Source: Candidatus Aminicenantes bacterium
GTDB taxonomy: Bacteria; Acidobacteriota; Aminicenantia; Aminicenantales; CALLJL01
Length of the DNA stretch: 64,000 bases
Direction of reading: 5' to 3'
Assembly (NCBI GenBank): GCA_037441905.1
Contig: JBBIRF010000007.1
Span: 17,219 to 81,218 of the forward strand
The first letter of the stretch is position 1. Each line of letters begins with the position of its first letter. A program made the position numbers and the translations under genes. Below the pieces are notes generated by a model. That model was not told the DNA's origin, made no database searches, and saw only the letters and a program-made list of their open reading frames with translations. Shown piece by piece: positions 17,790 to 27,336 of this stretch.

Positions 17790-18281
17790 ATGAAACCAAA
17801 ATCGTGTCCTAAGCCAAAAAAGAAGCCTAAAACCAGGGTTAAGCCCGCCGCTACCCCCTCGCGGCAAGAGAGGCTTTTTCGGAGGGCAATTATCGAGGAC
17901 ATCCGGCCATGGGGAAAATTCCGCTCGTATCCCGCGGCCGAGGCTGGAGCCATCAAGGTCGTTACCGTTAACCCGGGCTGCGCCCTTTCTCTCCAGGTGC
18001 ATCAAAAAAGGAGTGAATTCTGGGTTATCCTCGACCCGGGCCTCGAGATGACCCTCGGGGATAAGACCTGGCTGACCAACCCGGGCGAGGAGATTTTTAT
18101 CCCCCGGCAGACGCCCCACCGTCTTCGCTGTGTCGGGGAGATTCCTGGTCGGGTAATGGAAATCTGGATAGGCCGCCACTCCTCCGAAGACGATATCATC
18201 CGGCTTCAGGACCTTTACGGCCGAACCCCTGAAGGCTCAGCCGAGCTGGGTGGTAAGAAAAGCCCGGGGATGACGGGCTAA
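17790..18281 (+). CDS. cupin-domain protein (mannose-6-phosphate isomerase type II C-terminal-like) with Lys/Pro-rich N-terminal tail
   Basis: Cupin motifs (QVHQKRSEFWVIL and GEEIFIPRQTPHRL). Basic KPKKKPKTRVKP N-terminus. The 3' end overlaps convergent ptsI. Confidence 0.5.
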   Translation: MKPKSCPKPKKKPKTRVKPAATPSRQERLFRRAIIEDIRPWGKFRSYPAAEAGAIKVVTVNPGCALSLQVHQKRSEFWVILDPGLEMTLGDKTWLTNPGEEIFIPRQTPHRLRCVGEIPGRVMEIWIGRHSSEDDIIRLQDLYGRTPEGSAELGGKKSPGMTG

Positions 18282-20006
18282 AATTCTTTCAATAAAATAC
18301 TCTTCGATATCCTGGGCCGTCTTGAGGCTTAAGGCCTTCTCGGCAGCTTCCCGGACGGTCCGGAATTCAACCGAGCGGAGGGCTTTCTTAACCCGCGGAA
18401 TAAAGATGGGGTTCATGCTGAAGTTTCTCAAACCGAACCCAAGAAGCAAAAGCGCTGAGAGGGGTTCGGCGGCCATTTCTCCGCAGACCGCAACTTCCTT
18501 CCCCGCTTCGTTAGCCCTCTGAATCACGTGCTGGAGCAGCCGGAGGACTGAGGGGTGGAGCGGTTTATAAAGATAAGAAACATGCTCGTTCGACCGGTCG
18601 ACGGCGAGATAGTACTGGATAAGGTCGTTCGTCCCGATGCTGATAAAATCAACTTCTTCTACCAGAAAATCAACGATGGCCGCGGCTGCCGGGACTTCAA
18701 TCATGACACCGACCTGGATGGAATCATCAAACTTCAAACGCTGTTTCCTGAGCTCGGCTTTAACTTCCCGCAGGATCTCTTTCACCACCAGGATTTCCTC
18801 AAGTTCTGTGACCATCGGGAATAAGACCTTGACGTTATTCAGGTAGCTCGCTCTCAGAACCGCTCGCAACTGCACCCGAAAAAGTTCCTGGTTTTTCAAA
18901 GAAAACCGGATAGCCCTCAAACCCAGGGCGGGGTTGGGTTCGGCCTCGATGTTGAGTTTGGCCAGCGATTTTTCACCGCCGATATCAAGCGTCCTGATAT
19001 AGACAGGCCGCGGATGGCATTTCCGGGCAAGCTTGAGATAGACTTCGAGATGCTCTTCCTCGCTCGGCAAACTCGGACGCTGCAAATAAATGAATTCAGA
19101 CCGGAAAAGCCCGACCCCCTCCGCCCCCAGGCTAAAAGCAAGCGGCACCTCTTCTGGAAGTTCGATGTTGGCCAGAGGGGTGAAACGGATTCCATCAAGG
19201 GTGACCGAGGGCAGGGAAGCTGTCTTGCGCAGTTCCGTGCGGTATTTATCATACTTTTCTTTCTTGCTTTGAAATTCCTTACGCACCGCCAGCGGCGGGT
19301 TGACCAGGACTTCTCCATCCGTGCCGTCGACAATCAGAAAATCTCCTGATTTTATCTGAGCCGTGATGTTCCGCAGACCGACAACAGCCGGAATGTTTAG
19401 AGAGCGAGCGAGAATGGCCGTATGAGAGGTCGGCCCGCCCATATCGAGGGCAACTCCGACCACGTTACCCCGGCCAAAACGGCTGGCGGCTTCGGAAGGC
19501 AGCAGGTCGTGGGCGACTAAGACCACCTGGCGGTCATGACTATGGTCTTTCTTCTTAACCTCGGCCGGTTTCAGGTTCCGCTGGATTCTTAAAAGGACAT
19601 CGGAAATGTCGGCCTGACGTTGGCGAAAGTATTCATCGTTTATCGTCTCGAAGACTTCCTGATATTTCTTATTTACCTCCGCCAGGGCCCATTCAGCTTT
19701 AACTTTTTCCTGCCTGACCACTTTCTCCAGGCTGGCGCTAAGAGATTTATCCCTAAGAATTAGGAGATGGGCCTCGAGCAAGATAGCCTGTTCTTCCCCG
19801 GCGATTTTTTTAATCCGGTCCCTGATTTCCATGAGTTCTTTTTCTGTTTTGGCTACCGCTTTTCTGAGCCTCTCGACTTCAGCCTCGACCTGAGAAGCAG
19901 GAATATTTTCCCGGCGAACGGCGAGGGCCGAGACTTCAGTCACCAAACATTCCGCCATCGCAATGCCAGGCGAAACGCCGGTGCCGCGCAGACGGATGAA
20001 TTCCAT
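18237..20006 (-). CDS. ptsI: phosphoenolpyruvate-protein phosphotransferase (PTS Enzyme I)
   Basis: Full-length EI: N-terminal HPr-binding domain, phospho-His domain (GGPTSHTAILARSL), PEP-utilising TIM-barrel domain. Confidence 0.85.
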   Translation of the reverse strand: MEFIRLRGTGVSPGIAMAECLVTEVSALAVRRENIPASQVEAEVERLRKAVAKTEKELMEIRDRIKKIAGEEQAILLEAHLLILRDKSLSASLEKVVRQEKVKAEWALAEVNKKYQEVFETINDEYFRQRQADISDVLLRIQRNLKPAEVKKKDHSHDRQVVLVAHDLLPSEAASRFGRGNVVGVALDMGGPTSHTAILARSLNIPAVVGLRNITAQIKSGDFLIVDGTDGEVLVNPPLAVRKEFQSKKEKYDKYRTELRKTASLPSVTLDGIRFTPLANIELPEEVPLAFSLGAEGVGLFRSEFIYLQRPSLPSEEEHLEVYLKLARKCHPRPVYIRTLDIGGEKSLAKLNIEAEPNPALGLRAIRFSLKNQELFRVQLRAVLRASYLNNVKVLFPMVTELEEILVVKEILREVKAELRKQRLKFDDSIQVGVMIEVPAAAAIVDFLVEEVDFISIGTNDLIQYYLAVDRSNEHVSYLYKPLHPSVLRLLQHVIQRANEAGKEVAVCGEMAAEPLSALLLLGFGLRNFSMNPIFIPRVKKALRSVEFRTVREAAEKALSLKTAQDIEEYFIERILARHPRAFLTTQLG

Positions 20007-20011
20007 TTTAA

Positions 20012-20281
20012 TTATTCTTTTTCTTCAAATTTCCGGTTAATCAGGTCCACCAGGGCTTTGATGGCTTCATTCTCGTCCTCACCCGAAACCCGGAGGATGA
20101 CCGCTGTCCCCTGGCTGGCCGCCAGAGTCAAAATCCCGAGGATGCTTTTGCCGTCAATCTCCATGGTGTCCTTGATTATTTTCACGTTCGAACTGAACCG
20201 GTTAGCCAAATTGACAAACTTAACGGCCGCCCTCGCATGAAGGCCGAGCCGGTTCTTGATCACCACCCGCTTTTCAACCAT
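20012..20281 (-). CDS. ptsH: phosphocarrier protein HPr/NPr
   Basis: His-15 region GLHARAA. Ser-46-like region GKSILGILTLAA that could be an HprK target. Confidence 0.8.
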   Translation of the reverse strand: MVEKRVVIKNRLGLHARAAVKFVNLANRFSSNVKIIKDTMEIDGKSILGILTLAASQGTAVILRVSGEDENEAIKALVDLINRKFEEKE

Positions 20282-20290
20282 CCCGCTTGC

Positions 20291-20695
20291 CTATCTTTTT
20301 GTCTTCAACAAAGCACTGGCTAAGTGAATATTCTTTTTACCCTGGTCCATCACTTTCCTGGCTACCTCTTTCAGATTCTTCGACCTCTGCAAGGAAACAA
20401 ACTTAATTAGCATCGGCAGGTTGACACCGGTAATAATCTCGACCTCGTTGTCCTTAAGAAAACTGAAGCTCAAGTTTGACGGCGTCCCGCCAAACATGTC
20501 GGTAAAAATAATGACTCCATTTTTTTGGTCGACCCGTTTCAAGGACCGGTTGATTTTCTTCTTTGATTCTTCGACATCGTCATACCAGCCGATAGAAATG
20601 GCTTCGATGTTGGGGGCCTCTCCCAGGATGATAGTTAAAACGTTCAACAACTCTTCGGCTAATTTTCCGTGCGAAACAATAATCCCGCCAATCAT
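20291..20695 (-). CDS. PTS EIIA component, mannose/fructose family (stand-alone)
   Basis: EIIA-Man fold motif IIVSHGKLAEEL with catalytic His. No EIIB/C/D genes nearby. Confidence 0.7.
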   Translation of the reverse strand: MIGGIIVSHGKLAEELLNVLTIILGEAPNIEAISIGWYDDVEESKKKINRSLKRVDQKNGVIIFTDMFGGTPSNLSFSFLKDNEVEIITGVNLPMLIKFVSLQRSKNLKEVARKVMDQGKKNIHLASALLKTKR

Positions 20696-20737
20696 GGCTC
20701 GCTCGGCCCTGAGAGGTCTGGTTTCATCAGCCTCGGC

Positions 20738-21616
20738 TCACCGCTTGAGGTCACGATGAATAATTTTTATATCATAATTCCGCGCTTTCAGAAAATCTTT
20801 CAGCTCGTCTCCGAGAACCACGGAACGATGTTTGCCCCCGGTACAGCCGATAGCAATAGTCAAATAACTCTTACCTTCTTGGATAAACTTAGGCAAAAGG
20901 TAAAGGATAAAGCCGGTCATCTTCTCGAAGAATTCCCTGGTTTCCGCCGAACTCAAGACAAAATTCCTTACTTCCCGGCTTTTACCCGTCTTCCGGCGGA
21001 ATCTTTCAACGTAAAAAGGGTTGGCCAAAAACCTGGTGTCGAAAACAAGGTCAGCCTCGACCGGAAGCCCGTATTTATAACCAAAGGTGATAATCGTAAT
21101 CTGCAGCTTTTTTTTAGCCCGGTGGAAAAGACGGCGGGTTAGCAGCTCACGCAGCTGCGGAATTGAGGTCGTCGAGGTATCAATTACCTCATCGGCCATC
21201 GCCTTGATGGGCTCTAATCTTTTTCTTTCCAGGCGGATGGCCTCGAGGACAGGCTTTCGGGGAAAAAGCGGATGAGGCCGGCGACTTTCACTGAACCTCT
21301 TGACCAGAGCGTCATCCGAGGAATCAAGAAAAACCAGGCGGGCTTGAGTGGTGGCTTTGATTTCAGGGAAAAGGCGCGGGAAATCGTGCAGGAAACCTGG
21401 TTCTCTCATGTCGACAACAAGGGCCACCCGGTCGATCTCTACTTCCCGCTTGGTCCAGAGCTCGATAAAACTCGGAATCAGCTTGGCAGGCAGGTTATCG
21501 ACGCAATAATAGCCCCAGTCTTCAAGGAAATGGCTTACGACTGTCTTTCCCGACCCTGAAAGACCGGTGATGATCAAAAAACGGTTATCCCTGGGCAGCC
21601 TTTTATTCTCCTCCAT
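20738..21616 (-). CDS. rapZ: RNase adapter protein RapZ (YhbJ/YvcJ)
   Basis: N-terminal P-loop GLSGSGKT. C-terminal conserved RapZ domain. Position downstream of ptsN/hprK. Confidence 0.85.
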   Translation of the reverse strand: MEENKRLPRDNRFLIITGLSGSGKTVVSHFLEDWGYYCVDNLPAKLIPSFIELWTKREVEIDRVALVVDMREPGFLHDFPRLFPEIKATTQARLVFLDSSDDALVKRFSESRRPHPLFPRKPVLEAIRLERKRLEPIKAMADEVIDTSTTSIPQLRELLTRRLFHRAKKKLQITIITFGYKYGLPVEADLVFDTRFLANPFYVERFRRKTGKSREVRNFVLSSAETREFFEKMTGFILYLLPKFIQEGKSYLTIAIGCTGGKHRSVVLGDELKDFLKARNYDIKIIHRDLKR

Positions 21617-21618
21617 AA

Positions 21619-22221
21619 TCAGCGCATTCTCCTTTCCATTTTGCGGAGGATTTCCTGGGGAGCATGGTACCCCTTTTTTCTCAAAAGATGAACCTTGCAG
21701 GCAATTTCAATCAGAGTGGCGATGTTTCGCCCCGGAGCGACCGGAATTATGAGTTGCGGCACCCTCACCCCCAGAATGTCATAATCGGCCGGGAATTCAA
21801 GGCCCAGACGGTCAAATTCGTCGCCCCGGTGCCACCTCTTAAGTTGAATGATAAGGTCTATCGGAATGGAAGCACAGACTGCTTTCGCCCCGAAGATTTC
21901 CTTGATGTTAATCAAGCCTAACCCCCGCAATTCCATAAAATTCCGGGTGAGACGAGGGGCCTGGCCTTTTAGCCTACCAGTCGTCGTCTTCTTAACTTCG
22001 ACCACGTCGTCGGAGATAAAGCGGTGGCCCCGGGTAATCAACTCCAAGGCGCTTTCACTTTTGCCCACCCCGCTATCGCCCATAATCAGGACGCCGAGCC
22101 CGTAAATTTCGAGCAACCCGGCAGAAATTACGGCCATCGGTTCAACCGAGTTTCTTTTAGACGATTTCTGACCCATCGACCGCTCGGGAAGAGAGGGCAG
22201 GCAACGCCCCCGTTTATTCAT
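21619..22221 (-). CDS. hprK: HPr kinase/phosphorylase, short form (C-terminal kinase domain only)
   Basis: P-loop GDSGVGKSESALELI followed by HRFISDDVVEV and the capping motif LRGLGLINI. Only 200 aa, so no N-terminal domain. Confidence 0.75.
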   Translation of the reverse strand: MNKRGRCLPSLPERSMGQKSSKRNSVEPMAVISAGLLEIYGLGVLIMGDSGVGKSESALELITRGHRFISDDVVEVKKTTTGRLKGQAPRLTRNFMELRGLGLINIKEIFGAKAVCASIPIDLIIQLKRWHRGDEFDRLGLEFPADYDILGVRVPQLIIPVAPGRNIATLIEIACKVHLLRKKGYHAPQEILRKMERRMR

Positions 22222-22684
22222 GGAGCTTTTCTTCTTCCTCGCGAATTATTTCTAACATCCGCCGAGGAGTTTTGGCTCCGATAATTTTTTTCGGCAGCGA
22301 ACTGACCTTTCGCGCCAGCTGGGCAATCGCCGCCAGAATTTGCAGGTTTAGACTGGGGTTATCAGGCGGGGAGATTACCAGGAAAAACACCGAGGTGGGT
22401 TTGCCGTTAAGCGAAAAAAAAGAAACCCCCTTCTTCGAAACCGCCAGGACTACCAGGGGGTCAGTTATCTCGGCCAGTTTACAATGAGGGATGGCAATCC
22501 CGTCGCCGACGGCAGTGCTTCCTAAATTTTCCCTCTGGACGAGCTTCTCGTAAAGTTCATTCTCGTTAGTGATGACCTCTTTTTCTTTAAGAAAAGCTAC
22601 CATCTCTCTCAAAGCCTCATCCCGGTCTTTGGCCTTTAAGTCCGGGATGACCTTGTCTTCGCTCAGCAGGCCAGAAATTCTCAT
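22214..22684 (-). CDS. ptsN: PTS IIA-like nitrogen regulatory protein (EIIA-Ntr)
   Basis: EIIA-Ntr/fructose-type fold with active-site region GDGIAIPHCK. Downstream of rpoN-hpf. Confidence 0.8.
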   Translation of the reverse strand: MRISGLLSEDKVIPDLKAKDRDEALREMVAFLKEKEVITNENELYEKLVQRENLGSTAVGDGIAIPHCKLAEITDPLVVLAVSKKGVSFFSLNGKPTSVFFLVISPPDNPSLNLQILAAIAQLARKVSSLPKKIIGAKTPRRMLEIIREEEEKLHE

Positions 22685-22703
22685 AGTTCACCTTGCCATC
22701 AGG

Positions 22704-23243
22704 TTATTCTTCAGGTTCAATCAAGCCGTAATTTCCGTCGCGCCGTTTAAAAACGACGGCAAATTTTTCATCGCCTTCTCGACGGAAGACAAAAACTTCT
22801 TTGCGCTTAAGCTCAAGCTGGAGCAAAGCTTCATCGACCGACATCGGTTTAAGCGAATAATCATCCGTCCGGATAATCTTTTTTCCCTTCTCCCCGGCCT
22901 CTCGTTCGGCCATTTCGGCCAAAGCCGTTAGCCTGGTTTCGCGGGAAAGACGACGCTTTTTTTGCCTCACCTTTTCTCGCTCCCTCTTGACCCGCTTTTC
23001 CAAGCTATCCAGCATCTGCCCCAAGGTGGTCATCAAGTCAGGCGATACTTCCTCGGCCACGGCGACCAAACCCTTCGCTTTCAGGTTAGCTTCAGCTTTG
23101 TACCGGTATTTCTGCATCGAAAGAACGATATCCACCTCCACCGGAGGACGAAGCAGCCTGGCCATCGTCTTCAGCCTTTTTTCGCAATAGGAACGGATGT
23201 CGGGCGTTATTTCCAGCTGCTTCGCCGTAAACCGAATATTCAT
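22704..23243 (-). CDS. hpf: ribosome hibernation promoting factor (long form)
   Basis: N-terminal S30AE/YfiA domain. C-terminal dimerisation extension (SVDEALLQLELKRKEVFVF). Confidence 0.85.
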   Translation of the reverse strand: MNIRFTAKQLEITPDIRSYCEKRLKTMARLLRPPVEVDIVLSMQKYRYKAEANLKAKGLVAVAEEVSPDLMTTLGQMLDSLEKRVKREREKVRQKKRRLSRETRLTALAEMAEREAGEKGKKIIRTDDYSLKPMSVDEALLQLELKRKEVFVFRREGDEKFAVVFKRRDGNYGLIEPEE

Positions 23244-24718
23244 TTCGGCGCCTCCATCAAAAACTTCTTTTTCCGTTGGTGGGAGGGAGGAATCTTAAGT
23301 TGTTTCCGGTACTTGGCTACGGTCCGACGCGCAATTTTAATATTCTCCCTTCTCAATATATCACTTAAATCGGTGTCACTCAAGGGATTAACGGGGTCTT
23401 CCATGGCGACCAGCTTCTTGATCCGTTCCTTAATTCGGAGGGATGAGACCTCCTCGCCATCCTCACTCACCAATGATTTGTGGAAAAAAAACTTCAGCGG
23501 GAAAACTCCGCGAGGCGTCTGGATATATTTATTAGCGACCACCCGGCCGACTGTCGACTCATGGACGCCTACCTCGCTGGCTACTTCAGAAAGAGTTAAC
23601 GGCCGGAGGAACTCAATCCCTTTTTCCAAGAAATCGCGCTGCCGCGTGACTATTGCCTGGGCTACCCGATAAACTGTTTGTTCTCTTTGGTTAAGACTCT
23701 TCAAGAACCAGAGAGCTCTTTTCATCTGGTCTTTAAGATAAGCATAAGCTTCGGGGTTGGAACCGGAACCACAGGCGAGCATCTGCCGGTAATAATTGCT
23801 CACTCTCAGCCGGGGCAGCCCTTCGTTATTTAGGATTATCTGATAATCATCGCCTTCTTTATTGACGAGGATATCCGGGACTATATAGGTCACTTTTTCC
23901 TGGCTGTATTTCCTTCCGGGAGCAGGGTCGAGATGCCGGATGATTTCCAGATGATGCTTTAGTTCTGGCAGGGAAATATTAAGCTCGCGGGCCAATTGTT
24001 CATAATCAGGGTTTTCCAGGAGAGGCAGGTATTCCTCGACTATTCTTCGGGTGACTTCGTTCTGGAGGCCGAGGTGGTCCATCTGGGCTAAAATCATTTC
24101 CTTCAAGTCCAACGAACCGGAGCCCACCGGGTCAAAATTCTTTATTTTTTGCCTTACTGCCTCCACTTTTTCTGCCGCCACTCCGAGCGAAGCGGCGATT
24201 TCTTCTACGGAAATGGTTAAATAGCCATCTTCGTTGATATTACCGATGATATGGGCGGCGATTTCCTTTTCATCCTCCGCAAAAAAAGTCAGGCTTGCCT
24301 GCCAATGGAGATGGTCCCACAAAGAGGGGCCGCGGGCCAGAATATTTTCGAGCGGAAGAGCTTCGCGGGGTTCGGCCCCTGAGACCGGAGAACTTTCCTC
24401 TAAGTATTCCTGGAAAACAGCTTCCCAGGCAATTTCTTCCTCTTCGCTTCGCTGACCGGGTTCACCGGTGACGACATTTTCTTCAGCCAAAAGTGATTCC
24501 AGCCCTTCCGGCGAAACCTGCGTCGTCTCCCCCCCTCCCTCTATTTCAACACTTTCCCCCGGGGTAACCTCTTCAAGCACCGGATTCTGGGCGAGCTCGG
24601 CATCGATTACCTGGATAAGCTCGAGGTTGGTTAGAGGCAGGAGGCGAATCGCCTGCTGGAGAGCTGGGGCGAGGATAATTTTCTGAACCTGCTTCTGGTC
24701 AAGTTTTTGTTTCAGCAT
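23240..24718 (-). CDS. rpoN: RNA polymerase sigma-54 factor
   Basis: RpoN box ARRTVAKYR near the C-terminus. HTH. Glu/Gln-rich activator-interaction N-terminus. Confidence 0.9.
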   Translation of the reverse strand: MLKQKLDQKQVQKIILAPALQQAIRLLPLTNLELIQVIDAELAQNPVLEEVTPGESVEIEGGGETTQVSPEGLESLLAEENVVTGEPGQRSEEEEIAWEAVFQEYLEESSPVSGAEPREALPLENILARGPSLWDHLHWQASLTFFAEDEKEIAAHIIGNINEDGYLTISVEEIAASLGVAAEKVEAVRQKIKNFDPVGSGSLDLKEMILAQMDHLGLQNEVTRRIVEEYLPLLENPDYEQLARELNISLPELKHHLEIIRHLDPAPGRKYSQEKVTYIVPDILVNKEGDDYQIILNNEGLPRLRVSNYYRQMLACGSGSNPEAYAYLKDQMKRALWFLKSLNQREQTVYRVAQAIVTRQRDFLEKGIEFLRPLTLSEVASEVGVHESTVGRVVANKYIQTPRGVFPLKFFFHKSLVSEDGEEVSSLRIKERIKKLVAMEDPVNPLSDTDLSDILRRENIKIARRTVAKYRKQLKIPPSHQRKKKFLMEAPK

Positions 24719-24733
24719 ACCTTTCCGCCTCCC

Positions 24734-25459
24734 TCATGAAAGACGGAAATCCTCGCCCAAATATCTCTTCCTGACTTCTGGTGAGTAAACGATTTCGGCC
24801 GGCGTGCCTGTTTCTAAAACTTCCCCCCGGTCGATTATCGCCGCCCGGTCGGTAATCTTCAGCGTTTCGCGGACGTTATGGTCGGTTATAAGAATTCCCA
24901 AACCTTGATTCTTCAACCGTAAAAGAAGCTGTTGAATTTCCAGGGTGGCTAAGGGGTCGATTCCCGTAAACGGCTCATCAAGAAGAAGAAAATCGGGGCT
25001 GACGACCATCGACCTGGCCAGTTCAAGCTTTCTTCGTTCCCCGCCTGAAAGCAAGGCGGCTTTTGTCCGTCGCAGTTCTTTTAGCCCAAATTCCTGGAGA
25101 AGCGCGTCAATATCAGTCTGCCCTTTCTCTTCCCTTGAGACCATCTCCTGAATTGCCAGCAGGTTTTCTTCTACAGTCAACCCTAAAAAGACCGATGGCT
25201 CCTGCGGTAAAAGCCCTATCCCGGCCTGGGCTCTTAAGTACATAGGCCAGCTGGTAATGTCCTCGTTGCCAAGATAAACCCGGCCCTTGTCGGCGGGAAT
25301 AAGGCCGGCCAAGATGCCAAAAGTGGTTGTTTTCCCCGCCCCGTTAGGACCTAAAAGACCGACAACCTCCCCCGGCTTAATCGCGAGCGAAACCTGGTTT
25401 AGAACTTTCCGGCGGCCAAAGCTTTTTTCCAATTTTTCCGCCTGCAAACAGCAAATCAT
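24734..25459 (-). CDS. lptB: LPS export ABC transporter ATP-binding protein
   Basis: Walker A GPNGAGKTT, ABC signature LSGGERRKLE, Walker B LLLDEP. Immediately upstream of rpoN, as in E. coli. Confidence 0.85.
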   Translation of the reverse strand: MICCLQAEKLEKSFGRRKVLNQVSLAIKPGEVVGLLGPNGAGKTTTFGILAGLIPADKGRVYLGNEDITSWPMYLRAQAGIGLLPQEPSVFLGLTVEENLLAIQEMVSREEKGQTDIDALLQEFGLKELRRTKAALLSGGERRKLELARSMVVSPDFLLLDEPFTGIDPLATLEIQQLLLRLKNQGLGILITDHNVRETLKITDRAAIIDRGEVLETGTPAEIVYSPEVRKRYLGEDFRLS

Positions 25460-27327
25460 TTTTCTTTTTTGATAACAGAAAGAGAGCGTTCACGACCCTG
25501 ATTTTCCACGAGGATTCTACCATCGGCCAGATAGAAAGTCAATTTATCCCCCCTGATTTTACCCTGTTGGGCGTCTTCCAAAACCGGATTTCCTTCGAGA
25601 ATAAAAACATCCTTTTCCCATTCGTATCGGCCCTCGTTAGCCGTGGCTTTGGTGCCGTTTTTCATCAGCTCTACCTTTCCCTTGGCTTCGAGAGTTTCGG
25701 GGTCGGCTGAATCCCTGGAAAGATAGATGAAGACCTCGCCGCTTTTGACCCGCCAGTTCTTCGCTCCCATCTCGCACGGGCCAGCAAAACGCAACTTTCG
25801 GGCTGAGGGTTCATATCGAAGCTGCGAGGCAGCAATCAGAACCAGGCGCAACGGCGACGCCTCCTTCCTGGCCTTTCTTACGGCTACCATTTTTACGCCG
25901 TCATGGGCTTCTAATTCCTGAGTCTCGCTGTCCAGAATAATCTTATCTGCCTGTAAAGATGTCTCTTCTTGCCATAGCCTTACGCCCCCCTCCAAGACCA
26001 GCCGATGCTGCTGCCAATGAAAAAGAAGGAGCGAAGCCATACCGTAAACTTGTTTTTCTCCAGAAAAAAGATGGCTTTCGGTGGCTGGCTTGGTTCGCGC
26101 AGGTTTTATGACCAGTTGAACTCCCTCCCGGGCTTCGAGGTCTTGAGTCTCGATATTCAGAGTCATTTCCGCCGCCGTCACCGCCACCCTCTCCGAGACC
26201 AAACTGGCTGCCTTCTTCTCAGGGCTTTTTATCTCAAGATGACTCTTCTGCGGGAGATAATCGACCTTCTCTCCCCGGCCTTCAACCGTCTCAGCCGTGG
26301 TCAGGTTCTGCCTCCTCCACTTCGCCTCCTTGTTTAATTTTAATTCGCGCAATTTCCCCCAGCGGTCGAGAATAATCGCCAGGTTCTCGGCGGCAAAAAC
26401 TGTCTCGCTCTCCTTGTTTTTCACGGTGAGCGAACCACTCCCGTCAGCTTCAACAGCATGCGGCCGGGATGAGCTGGCAAAAGGTCTTACCAGAACATGA
26501 TTCGCTTCCAGAGAAATCTTCGTTGCCTCACTTATCCCCTCTCCCTTTACTCCCCCGCCTAACTCAAGTCGCTGCAAGTATAGCTCATCCTCCGAGAGCA
26601 GAAACTCGGCCCAACCAGCCTCGCCGGTATTTTCAGCCTGAAAAAAATGGACGTTTCCCTCGAGCCGTCCCTTATGCTGCTGGCGTTCGTAAAACAGGTT
26701 CTCACTTTCCAACCGGTAAGGAGCCAGGTCCGGCGTTTCAGGCCGCCACGTTACTTTCACCCCACCTCTAAAAATTATCACTTCATCCGGAAAAGAATAA
26801 GACATCTCCCGGGCCTCGACACGAAGTCTTTTAAATTGAAGGCTGACATGTCCTTCGGCCCCCAAGGATTCCTGCTGGCGCCGGTAAATAATCTTGTCCG
26901 CGGCTATCTCGACCCCCTGGCGTTTGACCGACACCTTACCGGTCAAAACAACACCGTTCCAGTCGACATCGTAAACAGCAGCTTCGGCCGTGGCCCACGC
27001 CTCGAGCTCAGGACGGCGGCCAAAATCATGGATTTCCACTCCCCCTTCCAGACGATAATGTTGTTCATCAACAGCCAGATGGCGTTCAGCTTTGACCTCA
27101 ATTCTTCCCAGGTCGCCCTTGAATTCAACAAACCTGACTTTAGTTTGTTGCTCAATTTTTTGGCCGGGGAGCAACGGCTCAGAAGGTGTCGGCCGCGGCT
27201 GAGGCCTTCTTATCCCCCCGGAAATAAAAATAAAATAAATAATGACCAGCAAGATGCTCAAGAAAAGCGCTAAAGCTAAACCGCGAAGAACATAGATAAA
27301 AAGAATTTTTCTTGTCTTCTTCATCAC
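25456..27327 (-). CDS. LptC/LptA-family (OstA-like) periplasmic protein with N-terminal membrane anchor and multiple beta-jellyroll repeats
   Basis: N-terminal TM helix. Remainder is all-beta with repeated OstA_N-like units. Occupies the lptC-lptA slot upstream of lptB. Confidence 0.5.
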   Translation of the reverse strand: MMKKTRKILFIYVLRGLALALFLSILLVIIYFIFISGGIRRPQPRPTPSEPLLPGQKIEQQTKVRFVEFKGDLGRIEVKAERHLAVDEQHYRLEGGVEIHDFGRRPELEAWATAEAAVYDVDWNGVVLTGKVSVKRQGVEIAADKIIYRRQQESLGAEGHVSLQFKRLRVEAREMSYSFPDEVIIFRGGVKVTWRPETPDLAPYRLESENLFYERQQHKGRLEGNVHFFQAENTGEAGWAEFLLSEDELYLQRLELGGGVKGEGISEATKISLEANHVLVRPFASSSRPHAVEADGSGSLTVKNKESETVFAAENLAIILDRWGKLRELKLNKEAKWRRQNLTTAETVEGRGEKVDYLPQKSHLEIKSPEKKAASLVSERVAVTAAEMTLNIETQDLEAREGVQLVIKPARTKPATESHLFSGEKQVYGMASLLLFHWQQHRLVLEGGVRLWQEETSLQADKIILDSETQELEAHDGVKMVAVRKARKEASPLRLVLIAASQLRYEPSARKLRFAGPCEMGAKNWRVKSGEVFIYLSRDSADPETLEAKGKVELMKNGTKATANEGRYEWEKDVFILEGNPVLEDAQQGKIRGDKLTFYLADGRILVENQGRERSLSVIKKEK

Positions 27328-27336
27328 TCAGCTGCT

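Noticed and set aside
22962-23672. 236-aa + strand ORF overlapping hpf and rpoN
   Set aside because: It is antisense to two strongly supported genes and has no recognisable motifs. It is a spurious open frame.
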